The position numbers and the translations under genes were made by a program. This document shows positions 25,283 to 40,600 of a DNA stretch of 64,000 nt, one piece after another. The notes below the pieces were generated by a model, which made no database searches, had not been told where the DNA came from, and saw nothing but the letters and a program-made list of their open reading frames with translations. Location: NCBI GenBank assembly GCA_021613535.1, contig CP075493.1, positions 10,168,001 to 10,232,000 of the forward strand, given 5' to 3'. The stretch comes from Adineta vaga. Its lineage: Eukaryota; Animalia; Rotifera. The first letter of the stretch is position 1. Each line of letters begins with the position of its first letter.

Positions 25283-26969
25283 TGATAAATTTATATCTGA
25301 AACGAAAGAAATAGTAGAGAATATTTTCATTAATTAAGCTCTAAATCCAGAAATTGTTTATCGTATGAAATGTATAGTTTTATAAAAGCCGACAAAGTGT
25401 AAAAGAGCAATCTCTTTTCCTCATAATAATATTTAAAATTGTTTTTATTTTATACGCAGTTTTACAGTTATCTGTTTTAGTTTCTCGTCAGTTCGTTTTC
25501 AATCTGCTTCCTAAAGAATCTGCGAATATTGATAACTTTGTTTTTTTTGCCTTGTCTTTATCAACTGTAGATAAAGAATAGATGAATTTCATTGATGAAG
25601 ATGTCGTTACATTTTGAAAAATATTTTAAATGTAAGTGTAGTATTGATATTCGTTTGTTCGTTCGTACTTATATTTAAAGTTTGCGGACTTATATTTCAG
25701 GTATCAACAGAGCACGCCGTAAGTTTTCATTGGCTCCTCTAAATATATTTACATGAATATATACAACAGATTTTTCTTAGACCATCAATCAGATGACATA
25801 GAAATCGAGTAAACCGATAAGGAATACAAAAATGCTTTTAATCAATCGCCAAAAATAATACTTTAATCTCTATATTTGTATTTTCATCACTTGTAAAGAT
25901 ATACAGGATAAAATGATCACTCCTGAATTATTTTCATTATGTTTCAATCGAAAAAGGTCATACTATCTTCTCAGTAGGATCATTCGATTCCCAGATAGAA
26001 TATCTAACGAAATATCATATATCTAAGCTTGTTTTCTTTCAAACGTAATAAATCTATTAATAATGTCATCTGGTAGCATGATATACATTCCATCGAGTAA
26101 TAAGTTATGAAAATCATGCTAGATTAACGAATGCATCTGGAGATTATGTATATCAAAAAATGGGTGACATATTATGTTGATCTCATCAGAATTAAAAAGC
26201 ATCAGTCATTTTATTAAAAATGTTCGATGATTACAAGATGCGTACTTATTATTCATTCCTGTATATCATCATTTTCTTTCCCGGTTTTGCAGTATAGAAA
26301 TATTTTTCTCGATATTTTCGAAGAATATATTGGACATCATGTTCACAATACGTCGAATAATTAAACCTCAATACTAATCGATGCTTCCTTTTTTATGTAT
26401 ACAAATGTATGCATGCATGTTTGCATAGAGTTTTTCAGTGCACGTTCATCAGCTAAAGACCAAAATGAATAAGAACTATCAGTTTTGTACACATCTCTCA
26501 TGATAGCTTACCACCTAGCGTATGTCGATGTACGAGTTGATATTCTTTCTCACTAATCTGCGTTTTATCTCGTTCTTTGGAGTGTATCTGCTTATTATTA
26601 TTATGTTTTTTCACGTGTTTTTGATAAGCCACACCCATATAGTGCCATATATTTCACTCAATAGACATCTCATGTAAATAAATTATATTTTTCGACAAAT
26701 TTTTTAGTTGCATTTTTCTGAATTTTGTTTTTTGGTTGCACTTGAAATTTAAACGTCCTCTCAACATCGTTGACTATTTCATATTTTTTTCTTTCACAAC
26801 TACGACTACTTATTTATAGTAACAGCAAAAGAAAGAAGCGGAACGGCAAGAAAAGAAAAGCAACACACTCCAAATAAACATATACACTCTAAGCACATGA
26901 TAGTTATATAACGCAGCATAACAAAATAAATTCATAAGCATTAGTGCAAAGTTATTTTATTAAAATAAT

Positions 26970-28278
26970 ATGTCGCAGGTATGTAGAATTCAATATATTT
27001 GATTACTTATTTTTCATAATATCTTTAGTCAGATAACTTCTCAACGCGTGTTGGTCGAATGCGATGTGGAAGAAAAAAACGAAGAAAAGAAGAAGATAAA
27101 TGCTTGGTATGTGGCGATTCGTCGATAGGAATCAATTTTGGTGTTCATACCTGTTCACCTTGTAAAGCATTTTTTCGTCGAAATGCTATTAAACTTGGTG
27201 TATGTTTTTTTATTTTCTTTCTCTTGTAAAATATATCCGTTGATACTTTATTTCTTTAGACATTCGAATTCATTTGCTCAAAAAATGGAGATTGTTCGAT
27301 AACAAGTGATACACGTCGATTGTGCAATTGTTGTCGCTTAGCTAAATGTTTTCGCATGGGTATGGATCGAAATTATATTCGTACAGAAGATGAAAAATTG
27401 CAAAGAAACCAATTAATTGCATACAATAGACAAAAACGTGCTGAAAACAAAGAAATTGTATGTAATTTTGTTTATTCGTCTATACTGATGTGATTGTACG
27501 TATTCATATTTAGATTAAACCAGTAAATCTATTAAGATATTCGCATGAAAATTATTCATATCTATCAACAAATGATCAAACATTATTAACAAATATTCTT
27601 CGTGCATATGATGAAAGTTGTAATACATTGAGATATGATGAACTTTTAAAGATGCCCAATGATGAAACTTTATCATTACAAAGATTTATGAATGGCATGT
27701 CACATGTATATCTTGCCTTAGTTAATTATCTTCGACAAGTACCTCAGTTTACTAATTTACCAATCGAAACAAAGATAGCTTTGTTAAAAAGCAATCTAAA
27801 TCAAATCATTCGTTTAAATAGTGCATTAATTATACAAGCTACAGGTGCTGTTGAAGATGTTAGTACTGTTGCATTTAAACGTGTCTTTCCGGATGATCTA
27901 TATTCTGAATTATGTAAATGTGTTGCAGGTATTTTTCCATTTGTTTATGATCCAATATTTCTTAAATTAATATTTGTCGTATTAACTTTTTTGCCCAGTT
28001 TAAGTATTCGTTTCGATCTTAATCAAACACTAATACATCCCGAAAATACTTTTACAATTCAGAACATCTATATAGAATTACTATGGCGTTATATTTTATA
28101 TCGTTGTTCATCGTACCGACAAAGTGTTCAACTTCTAACAACATTTATTACTCGACTTCTTCATTCACAGATAGTTAGTGAAAAACTGAGCGGATTTATT
28201 AGTAAAATATCACCAAATCAAGGCAATCAATTAGAACCAATTATGAGAGCAATGTGGCTTGATGAAAAGAATAAATAA
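26970..28278 (+). CDS. Nuclear hormone receptor, NR1I/J (HR96/VDR)-like
   Basis: C4 zinc fingers [24 protein letters not shown] and [26 protein letters not shown]. The LBD has [21 protein letters not shown] and ends [12 protein letters not shown] at 26970 lies in a 9-nt first exon. Confidence 0.9.
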
Positions 28279-28723
28279 TTTAATTTCAAATTAATAAACA
28301 GTATTCACATAGCATTTCGAATGAATTTTCATTTCTAACTTCCTCAGTTCGAGTATTCTTCATGTTAAACTCGTTTTGTTTCGTTTATAATTTATATATA
28401 GTGAAAACATGATTTTATCATGCTTGAATTCAACGATTTTCAATGGAAAGAAACTGTTTGGAATTATTGAGAAATCCAAGCACGTACATATATTTTATCT
28501 TTCTCTCTCTCTCCCTTTCTTCCTTTTTCATTGATGATTATTAAAGTTTATCAAGTTATATAAAATCAACCAATGTCGACGTTCCACCTGGTCGTTCTAT
28601 TTGAGCATTATAAAAATGTCAATGCTGTCTTTCATTCTCGCATATGGTTGGCATTCTGTCAGTACAAGTTAGCAGTGTCTCAATACAAAGTCAAATAACT
28701 AACGACTATAGAAGAAAAATATA

Positions 28724-29184
28724 ATGAAAAAGTTCCTTGTGGTATTATTATTTCTAATTTATATACTATATTCAAAAGCGGAAAAATCAAATAATAAGAA
28801 AAAGGTAATGGAATTTTGTTTGATGAGATATTAAAATAGACGTTATCATTTGTAGAATCTTAGATCAATGGATGAATCATTCGAACGAAGTAATTAGAAA
28901 TAGTTTTCTTGATTTTCTAAAAACGTATGTGGTTTTGTTAAGTTAAGAGCTTAAAATATCCAGCAGATCCCATTGAATCGGTTCATTCAGATATTCCAGG
29001 TGATCCACAGATCAAAATTCGCTTTGCTGGTACGAACGAAGAAGATGATGGGGATGCAACAATTTCTATTGATACTGAACCAGAAATAGAAGTAGACGAC
29101 GACAACGACGAAGAAGATATTACTCCAATAAAGAAAAAAAAACTGCCGAAATCGAAAACTGAAGATATTCATTCTTTTCTCTAA
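28724..29184 (+). CDS. Small orphan secreted acidic protein (~111 aa), absent from the ORF track
   Basis: Exons 28724-28804, 28856-28889 and 28964-29184 splice in frame with GT-AG introns. Signal peptide MKKFLVVLLFLIYILYSKA, an acidic low-complexity body, and the end KKKKLPKSKTEDIHSFL*. Confidence 0.65.
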
Positions 29185-29568
29185 TTTATCAATAAATGCT
29201 ATGCAGACAATATTGATTATTTAGTCTACAACTCTTGATGAATTCATCAAATAGAGTAGCTACTCTTAAATCCATGAATGACATGAGAAAGTATACATAG
29301 CGAAACACTAGTTAATAATGAGATTAACATGTTTTTCTAATTCTTAATAAAAGTACTTCGCTATTCTTTCAAATACATCGATTTTAATGACTTTAAATTC
29401 AGTTATATCAAAATCTTGTACATTGCATTTCATGCTAGATTATTTATTCATATTGAAAAACTATTCTTAATGAAATAAAGTAAATTAGACTCGTATCGTA
29501 TCGAATAATAAAGAAACTAAATTGCTTGTTTAAAATAATAGATTTTTATCAAATATATATGCGTAGAA

Positions 29569-30186
29569 TCAATGTTTTTTACCACCAGACTCGTCTCGAC
29601 TATAAAAAAAAGATAAAAACAATGAAGAAACTCTCAAATATCAAAAATAATTTCTAATTCAACACTTACCCTGTTGATTGTTGTTCACGTGTATTTTTAT
29701 TTGCATTTAAAATTTTGGAAACTTCTGGACTTTTTTTTACATAATTCGTATAAACATAATAAGAACCAATAACAAGTACAATTCCGAGACCAATCGTACC
29801 CCACGGAGTTGATGATTTACCCACTGGTGGTCTAGAAAGAAACGATTTGATTTTAATTCCGAACGAATGAGAGATATTTTATGTAATGAAATTCGATCAT
29901 TCTCGTTAACTGTTTTTCCTTTTGAAAAACCAGAAGCATAAACTCACGTCTGAGATGATCCACCAGTAGGTTTTGATTTTGTCGGATCTGTAGACGTTGT
30001 TCGTTGTTCAGCATCTCGCATAGCCATATCTGTGCCATCAGCTGATCTTGATGCTTGAGAAAGATTTGCTGATGCACCTGAAGATTGAACTTTTGTACCA
30101 CCACCGGATGTATTAGTTGTACTTGCTGCGCGACAAATATAAGCAGCTCGTGATATAATAACTTGTGACTGACGGCAAAGACTCAT
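29569..30186 (-). CDS. Small single-pass membrane protein with mitochondrial-targeting-like N-terminus
   Basis: Three exons. N-terminus MSLCRQSQVIISRAAYICRAAS is Arg-rich with no acidic residues, followed by an S/T/G-rich linker, TM WGTIGLGIVLVIGSYYVY and stop at 29569. Confidence 0.65.
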
Positions 30187-30393
30187 TATTTGAAAATACG
30201 TATATATCTATAATAAACAATAATAAATCATAGATATATTTAATTAATATCAAGAGAAAAAAAAACGAGTACGAATCTGAAGAGAAACACATTGAATACA
30301 TAGAAGTTTGCTCAGTTAAGTGGAAAGACATATAGCTGAATATTATCAACCAGTAATTATATATGAAGAGATTTTGTCCTGAGTATTCTTGTT

Positions 30394-33000
30394 TCAACAA
30401 GATTTTTTTTGTTGATTATTACTATTGAAATTAACAATGGAAAATAAGAACTGCATTAATTGACTATGTCGATCTTGTGATGCTTCATCACTATCATTAA
30501 TTCGATGTCGAAGTGAACGTAATTCATTGTTAATCATTTCAATCAAATTATGAAATACATTTTCATTGGTTAGTTGATTTTGATCAATCATTGATGGTGT
30601 TAATAAACACGAATTTCTTTCTGAACTATTTCTTGGATAGGGAGGTTTTTCATCTATATTTGTCTAAAATGCAGAAAAAAAAGAATTTCAAATCTTCTTT
30701 TCTTTTTTTTCTTCAAATATTCGACTAACCTTTATATTCTTAGGAAGTGATTGTTTCGTTGTTAACATATTCGTACGCTGATATCGAAGAAAAACTGTAT
30801 AATCAATTTTAATCTGTACTCCATATGAATCTTTTAAAATTTCATTAACATGTATCCATATATAGTGTGATTCAGTTAATTTCCAAAATTTAGTCAATTC
30901 TTCAACTGTCATACTTTCATCAGTTAAACGAACACGTATACCCAGCCATGGAAGTGTTCGAATCGATTCTGGACATACGTAAATATCCGAAAAAGAAACT
31001 TTACTTTCATTACCAAAATCAACAAAAAAAATCCAAGCTTGTTCATTTTGAACATCAACGTTTTTCACCCATGCACGATAATATTGACCATCGTCAACGT
31101 ATCGAGCAACAACGAGTCTAAAAGAAAATAGAATGAAACTTCAGGTAGTTCTTTTCTTATAGATAAAAATCTACGTTTTAACTTGAGGTATTTGAAGATA
31201 TTCTCGATTTGGTATATGATTTTCATTCAATTCATTAATTGCTCGATCAATAATAGTACTATTGTCATTCATAAGTAAGACATAAAATGAATCATCTTTT
31301 GCATTAAATGAACTAAGTAAAGCTTTGAATTCATCATCAACTGCTAGTTGCATTTGATATCGGAATTGTTCAGTTAATTCATCTTCAATTGGTAGTATTT
31401 TCTTGAAAAGAAGAACATAATTTAGATATTTAATATGAGAGTAAAACATACTTTAGGTGAAAGTAATCGTTGAATTTTATTGTTAATATTGTGTCCATTC
31501 TTAAAAAGAAGTATTTTTCCACCGAATGTATCATGAGAATCATTAACAATAACTTCATATTCATCTTCACCAAGTAATGTTATACATTGAGTAATAATAT
31601 CAGACGGTACTAATTTATCTTGTTCGGGTACACCATCGAGATGGCACATTATGGAACAAGCTGGTTCATTATAGAATTCATTGGGTAAATGACGAATATA
31701 GTTTGAATTGATTTCTACCGGAATTTTCATACCCCAATCCAAATAAAGAACCGTTGCTGACGAATAATCAGATAATACATGAAGTATACGACAACGAAAC
31801 CATCGTCCTTCATGAAAGCATGCACATATTCGATTGATTTCTGGTCTATAAAAGTGTTCGATAACAGAAGATTTGATAAATGATCAAACGTACTTGAACG
31901 ATTGAGTTGAAACAGAATTCGATTGAAGATCTGGATGTGCTGCCATTTTATGAAGAAGATAACAAGCTCTTTTGAAATCTTCATGTAACATTAGCTAGAG
32001 AGAATAGAATAGAGCTATTTTCGATGAAGAAAATAAATAAATAACTAATTAACTCACATGAACAATTGATGAACTTTGAGGATGCGATATGTGTACTCGT
32101 TTTAATTTTTGACCACGTTCTAATGGTTTATGTTCTGGTATATCCATCAGTGCTGATGAGAATGAGGATTTTATTTTTATTTGACTATTATTTGTATTCG
32201 ATGATGAACGTTGTTCAGGATTGATAGAATGAAAAGCAGATGTAGCTGTTTGAATAAGAGATGAAGGTGTTAGTGATGATGAATTTGTTTTGAACGAAGA
32301 AATATTTTGAAAATCGTTAAGAGTATAATTATTCGCTTTTCTTATCGATGAAGTTGAAGTAAAAAATGCTGACATCGATCGAGTTGGTCCAGCTGGTGCA
32401 ACGATTGCTGTTGGACGTGTTGATATATCAGCAGGAGGTTTTGCTGTTAATGAAATGGGTGGTTTTGATTGATTATTTATTTGTTGAGTTTCTATCACAA
32501 AAAGTCAAATCTGTTCTTGCTGTGCATGAAAATAGTCTATGAATTTTACCAATATGATTATGACGAATGAAATCTGTAGAATCAACATGACCAATATCGG
32601 GTTTTGGAAACCAATATTCTGATTGTTTATTGTTTGTTGATTCATTCGGTTTATCATTCGTATCATCAATCATATTCATTTGAGGTAAGTCAGCTTTTTG
32701 ACTACAAACATTTGGTTTCGTTTTATTCTTTTGTTGACCATTGACTAATGGACGAAGATTACGAATTGCAGCTTCTAAATCAGTATTAATTGTGATTGAT
32801 GACGATTCAGATGAACTTCGTGATTTAATTGTTAAATCAGTTTCATTTTGATTATCTTCAAATCGTTCAGAATTGCAGTTCGATATAGATAATTGATTTT
32901 CAACATCTGTATCATTATCATCATTTTTTATACGATGAACATGTGTTAAATGAGAACTAATACGAACACTACCACGGTAGCTACGAATTGGACGTTGCAT
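30394..33000 (-). CDS. Tudor domain protein (two extended Tudor domains)
   Basis: Spliced domains ICACFHEGRWFRCRI..VLYLDWG and LVVARYVDDGQYYRAWV..IFFVDFGNESKV. Confidence 0.85.
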
Positions 33001-33140
33001 TTATCTGAATTTAGACGATCATTCAATGAGCAAAATCAATGAATATTTACTGAAGTTATTTCTTTTATCTAAAAATTAGCACCATACAAAAAATAGTTCG
33101 TTTTTATCCACTGAGAAAATAGAAGTAAAAAAATACAAGT

Positions 33141-33912
33141 TTAATCATTATCATTATCATTATCATTATCGTGTAATGTTAATTTTGTTCCGAAACGTTG
33201 TGGTGGCCAAATAACGTATAGTGCTAGTCCAGTAACTAATCCTCGGGGAATCTAAAAATAGTATTTGATACTATGTCATTTCTTGAAATTAAACTTACAC
33301 AACCAAAATGACGACTATCATAGCTATCACGTTTATTGTCACCTTCGATCCATATATGACCTTTCGGTACGCGTGTTTCTCTTTGTTTTATTGTATCACT
33401 AGAAAAAGAAAAAAAAGATCTGATCAATGAAATAACTATTTATCTTCTTAAATTAGTTGCTCACTAAATTATTTCATCTTCTAATGCTTTGACACGTTTA
33501 ATCATGAAAACACGTGGTTCACGTGGAGATCTAATAAAATCAAAGATATTGTTTGACATAGGAATATCATCGAAAACATACTCAAGTGATATTATATCAC
33601 CTTTTTGTAGACAACTATCATCGATATTCCATCGTTTTATCAATACCCAATCACTATGTAAGCCAGTCGGATTAAGTAAAGGCTATATAAAATAAACTTA
33701 TCATCAATAAAGGAGAGAACTTTTAATATACCTGCATGGATTTTCCAGCAACAAGGGATAATGTTGCTACTCTATCCATAAAAGTAATAAGACATGGAAG
33801 TGAAAAAACAGCACCTTTTAATCCATATTTTAAAAATTCTCCCAATCTCTATTCAGAGAAGATATATGCAAATCAATAAAACTCAAAGAAAATCAAATCA
33901 TCAATCTACCAT
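33141..33912 (-). CDS. IMMP2L: Mitochondrial inner membrane protease subunit 2
   Basis: VAGKSMQPLLNP (catalytic Ser), MIKRVKALE (Lys), VPKGHIWIEGDN..SYDSRHFG, VIWPPQRFG. The first exon is just ATG (33912-33910). Confidence 0.88.
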
Positions 33913-34137
33913 ATCATAGTATTATCAAAATAAAAGCAAAACAATATCAATCTAGAGAAAAAGATTCATTTCATTATTATTAATTTCTTATTAAATATTA
34001 GTTAAATAAACTGGATAAAATGTAATTGAAAAGCAATGTCAGAACACTCGAAGAAAAAAAAAGAACTAAAACTAGAATCGAATGAGATTGAATGTCTCCT
34101 ATCATAGACAGTTCAATATTTCTTTTCCAATAATTCA

Positions 34138-35083
<946 letters not shown>

Positions 35084-35244
35084 GACAATATATTTGTATC
35101 TATAAAAAAAAACAATTATCTCTATTTTTTTCACAAAAAAATGTCTGGACATTCATAATCTCAAATTACAAAAGATAGAAAAAAAATAATTTTTTCAAAA
35201 GAAATAACGAAATAATTGAAAAAGTGTAGTGAGAAAAAAATGAT

Positions 35245-36831
35245 TTAATGTTGTTGCACATATTTATCAATTAGCATTTTCAAATTTTTATTCGAGTAAA
35301 TTTGTGTGTTTTTTATCGAAATATTCATCATTGGACTTGTTTGTTTTTTTGTAATCCATTCTTCTATAGCTTTTCGTTCATACGTATAACCATCGCATAC
35401 ACATACTGGATCTGTCATTAATTCATGTGTTATTGGACATAAGAATTCATTTGGTATCGTTGCTTGATCAGTATCAGCTGATTTGGAATTTTGTTCGTTT
35501 TTTTTCGTTGAAATTTGTTGTACAAATAGTTTATGTCTCAATGAGCTAAGTTCATTCAATAACTTTTCATTTCTATTGAATAAATCTAATAATTCACTAT
35601 CAGATTTTGACAATAAATCATTTCCTGTTAAATTTAACTTTGTTTTGACATTAAATTGTTCGAGCCATTGATGTACCATTTCATTAGTCCATTGATCAAT
35701 TGGATGTATTTTAAATTGATAATTTTGTGATTTCTTCTCTTCTCTATCTTCGATATCATTTTCATTATCACAATAATCGATTTTCCATATATTCACCATA
35801 CGATCATTCGAACCTGATGCTAGATATTGGCCATCTAATGAAAAAGAACAACATGTAACATAACGCGCATGTGCATCAAATTGATATACAAGATGACCAG
35901 TTTCATAATTCCAAATAACAATCGTTTTATCACCTGAACCACTTGCTAAATAATGTTTAATACCAAATGAAACACACATAACAGCACACGAATGCTTTTT
36001 TAAAGTTCGAATATGTGTTAGTTGATGTTTCGATGATGATGAGCAATGCCAAATTTTTACACAATTATCATTACCACCCGACGCAATCAGATAGGGTGGA
36101 TGATGATGATGATGATGATGACTTTCAGTGGATGAAGGAGAAAGAACATCAACACATGTTACACCTAAATCATGTGCTTCACGTTCAAAATGAATATGAC
36201 CAGTAAATGAAGAATCAACAGTCCATAGTTTAAGATCACCATAAAATGAACCAGATATAAGTAAATTTGAAAAGAATCGCAAGGCTACAATCGATGCCGA
36301 ATGACCAACAAAAGTTTTAACTGGTCGCGAAGATATAGCAGTTATATCCCATAAATTTATTAATTCATCATCACCAGCTAAAAATCAAATATTGAATTCT
36401 TTTTCTTTCGTATGTGACTAAAAAATAAATAGTTAACCTGTTGCTAATAGTACACCATCCAATGAAAATTGACAAACACGAATGGGAGAACCACTATCAT
36501 GTTTATATTCTTTTAATACACTGATTGTTGTTAAATCCCATACAAGGCAAGTTCCATCAGTGGAAACAGATGCCATATATTTTGTTGTTGAATCATTTTT
36601 CTCATTGAGAATAGGTGAAAAAGCAAGGCAATGTACTTGATATGTATGTCGCGTTAGTGTTGTTGATGATTGATCATTTAAATTCCATAGTCGAACTGTT
36701 TTATCAGATGAACATGAAGCAAGTAATGGTGAAACTGAATGAGTCGGTGAAAATATAACAGTATTTACATCCGATGTATGTCCACGTAATGTCTGAACTA
36801 ATCGAATGGATACTGGCGAAACGTCACTCAT
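35245..36831 (-). CDS. WDSUB1: WD repeat, SAM and U-box domain protein 1
   Basis: Seven WD40-type repeats, a SAM-like segment WTNEMVHQWL, and U-box PNEFLCPITHELMTDPV..DGYTYERKAIEEW..TSPM. One intron. Confidence 0.92.
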
Positions 36832-37632
36832 GATTTAAAACAATTGATAAAGAGAAAGTTTTTTAAACGATAACTTCAAAGTCAGAACAAATAAACAGTC
36901 ATGATGAATAATAATCATCTACGAACGATATGATGACAAACAAGAATCTTTTTCTTTTTTTAGAAGTCAAACATAAGATTGATTGAGAATGAAAGAGACC
37001 AATCAAACATATACAGCTTTTCCGAAGTAATTACTGAATAGATGCGCCCTCTTACGATGAGATAACAGGTGAAGAATATATTTCATTTTACTGTTAATTG
37101 AAATAGTGCGATTGTGTATCATTTAAACATCATGCATCATTATCTATATTAAATTAGCTATTGTCAATAATAAGATTTGGAACTTCGATATCTTCGTAAT
37201 TGATGTAATATTCGAAAATTGATCAAAGTTCTTTTTATTTCTATCATCATGAATACTAAACATATCAACAGAAAATCAACGACATTTATTAATTTAAAAA
37301 CAAAAAGAAAACAGTACGATCTACATCATTTTGGAAGGTACAATAAAAGTGAAGCTTATCTTCTCTTTATGTCAAAATTAAAAAAAAATGAAATTTATCA
37401 AACCAATTCTTTCCGTAAGTAAACATACAAAAATAATCCTATCACATGTGAACAAGATCATATTTTTCTTGGATTTATTCTGTCGTTATGGTCAAAAGTC
37501 GAAGAAGATAAATAAATATCTGACAAAGAGTGGTACATTAACTATTTTTGAATAAGATTTCTAGTTGTTTTTCACTAATTTTCAATAAAAGAAAAACAAA
37601 AACCTTATTCTGTTCAAATTACTCTTAAAAAA

Positions 37633-40600
37633 TTATGAAGTAGAAGATACTTCATAGACATGATCATCATCAAAACCAACTGATCCCGTATTCGTAATAG
37701 GTGCTATTCGACCTGTTGAATCGATATAAGTTATAATTGTGCTTCTTGACGGTACGACAGGTGAGGAAGAAACACTTGTCTACAATAGAAAAACAAAACA
37801 AAACAGTTCTTGTAATCAATATTGTTAAAAATTTTTACTTTAGGTGAAACATTAATATCGAATCGAACAACGCTGGCATCTCGACGCAATTCACCTGGTT
37901 CGGTTACAGTATGATCGATTCGATTATTTAAATACTTTATTTGTTGTTCAAGTGAGTGAATTTTCGATGTTAACACAAAGTTTTCATGATGCATTTCATG
38001 TTCTTTCGTATCTTTCTCATCCATACTATCACATAAAAAAACAAAAAAATTCATTGGATATTATACTTTTATAACAAGATATCTATAGTCAATGATAGTT
38101 AAATTAGTACCTTACAAGTAATTGTCGTCTTCCATCAATTGCTTTTTGATAAAATGTCTGTTGATTTAATCTGATATCCGCATCTTTAGTTAGTAAGTGT
38201 CGTGTTTCTTGAAGATCTCGTTGAATATTTCGAATATAGTCAACATATTTCGTTTTAGAACATTCATGAATATCCCTAATGAAAAGATACATTTATTTTT
38301 TTATTTCTGTCAAAATTGCATTGGTAACTGAAAAACAAACTTTTCCTCTTGTAAACGTTGTTTATATTTTTGTTTGAGTATTTCATAACTTTTCTTTAAA
38401 TGCTCAATTTGCTGTTGATATGTTCGACATGTTAACTGACAGTGGAGATTATCCGATTTTTCTTTGAGATACAATTGAAGAACACTTGATGAATGAGAAT
38501 TCTCAGACTAGTTATTAACATAAAGTTTCAACAAAAATCATACATTTTTATTTTCAACTTACTGATTTTTCCGAAGCTGGTAGTTGAGGATGAATATGTG
38601 AATAATAATCTGCTGTTAATCGACATTCAATTAATTCATACTGTAGTGATTGATTCTCTTCCGTTCGTGCATAGAGTTCATTACGTACATCAGAATATTC
38701 TTGTTTCAATCGTTTTAATTTCATTTCCAGACTATGCCTAAATAGTAAATAAACAACTTCATGTCAAATACAATCGAATGCAAATAAAATTGAACAAACC
38801 GTCGAAGTTGTTCATCATGAATTGAATGTTTTAAGATAGTGTTTTCATCAGATTTTGTTATCAATTCATTTTTTAACATAAGAAGCTCACGTTTTGTAGA
38901 TTGATTTATTTGATCGAACGAGTAACGGTGATGTTCTTGAGGTAGTAGATTCTGTTCTGACAATTGCTTATCGACTGTAGACAATGCAAGTGAATCTTGT
39001 AGTTTCTGTTAAAAATCAATAAACAGAAACGTTTTCAGACATTTCTTCAAATGACTTACATGTTGTTGTTCGTCAGATAGTGCTTGTTCAAGTTCGTTAA
39101 TTTTCATAGCTTTCATCTTATTCTCTTGTGATAACTGGTTATTAATTGTAACAAATAATGTTGACCGTTCTGCTAGATCAATTTGTATTTGCTCAATAAA
39201 CTAAAATCAGACAATAGAATTGTTTCGGGGAGAAAAAAAAGAATTAATTATTTTACAAACATTTTGTTTTTCATTGATTTCAGTTTGCAATTTATCAATT
39301 TTCGAACGATAATGTTCTAATTGATTAGCGTATTGATTAATATGATGTTGTAATTGAATATTTGTTTGATGACTTTTTAATATTTCACTATCATAATTTT
39401 CCTAAAATAAAAAAGATGTTATTTATCAACAAAACTAAATAAAAGATTATTTCATTTCAACATACAGTCATTTGTTTCTGTATGGTACGTAAAGATTCTA
39501 TTTGAGATTGATATTCGGCAATTTCATTATCATATTTCTCCTGTAATTCAGTGAGATTTGTAATTACTTGAGGTGTTCGATTCTGTGAGATTTGTTCCTG
39601 ATAATCAATTGGCACTATAATCAGTTCAACATCTTGTGTTGTTTCGCTTTTCGAATTTGTTGTCTAGAACATGGGATTAAAAAAATAAGGAATATTTCTG
39701 AAGATAGATTACCTGTTGTTTCAACACTTCATTTTCTTGTTGAAGTTGTTGATATTGATTTTGTAGAGAAGTAAATTGTGATAGAATAATATCGCGTTGT
39801 TGAATAGTATCATCCATTTGTTGAACGAAAACAAGTTCTTTCTGCCGATAATCATTTCGAAGTTTGTCAATTGCATCACGAATAGACTAGAAAAAATAAG
39901 TCATACTAGCAATAAAACAAGACAAATATTTTCTTATGTTGGAAATTAACATTCGACTTTATAGAATCACATACTATCTATACTTCGATTCATTTAGATA
40001 AGACTAGAGAAATGATTCTTTAACTTTCTAACAATAAGTTTTGTTTGAAAAAGTAACTTGGTCCCCAAGGCATTCATTCAATATGTCATCATCATACAAT
40101 CACTGTTGTTTTTCGAGTTTTTATCACTTTCACTTAAGCTCAAAACGTAAAGTGCCTACTTATATATATATATATATATATATATGTAAGAACACTTATC
40201 AAACAACTTCTTCATTTCTCTCATCGATTGATTGTAGATGTAGAAAAACACATGCTATGTATTACACTTCACCTTACATTATATTTTTGTTCTTGCTTTT
40301 CATTTTGTTCGGTAAGATCTTGAATTGTTTCTTTATATTCTTGTTGTTTTTGTTCGAATTCATTTGCCATTGCAATATTCATTCGTTCTACACGAGCCAA
40401 TTTCTAGTAGAACAATTTAGAAAGATAATCCAACAAAAATATATACATATATCGATTGAATTTACTTTAGGAAGTTTTTGTGCATGTTGAGTAGCTTGTA
40501 GAATTTGTTTATAATGATGATTTGTATCAACTAAATCTTGTTTATCTCTTTCATATGCTTGTTTCATATGATGCATTTGTTCACGTAGATGAATCAGTTC

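Noticed and set aside
31727-32520. Apparent frame changes among Tudor-gene ORFs
   Set aside because: Resolved by ordinary short GT-AG introns.
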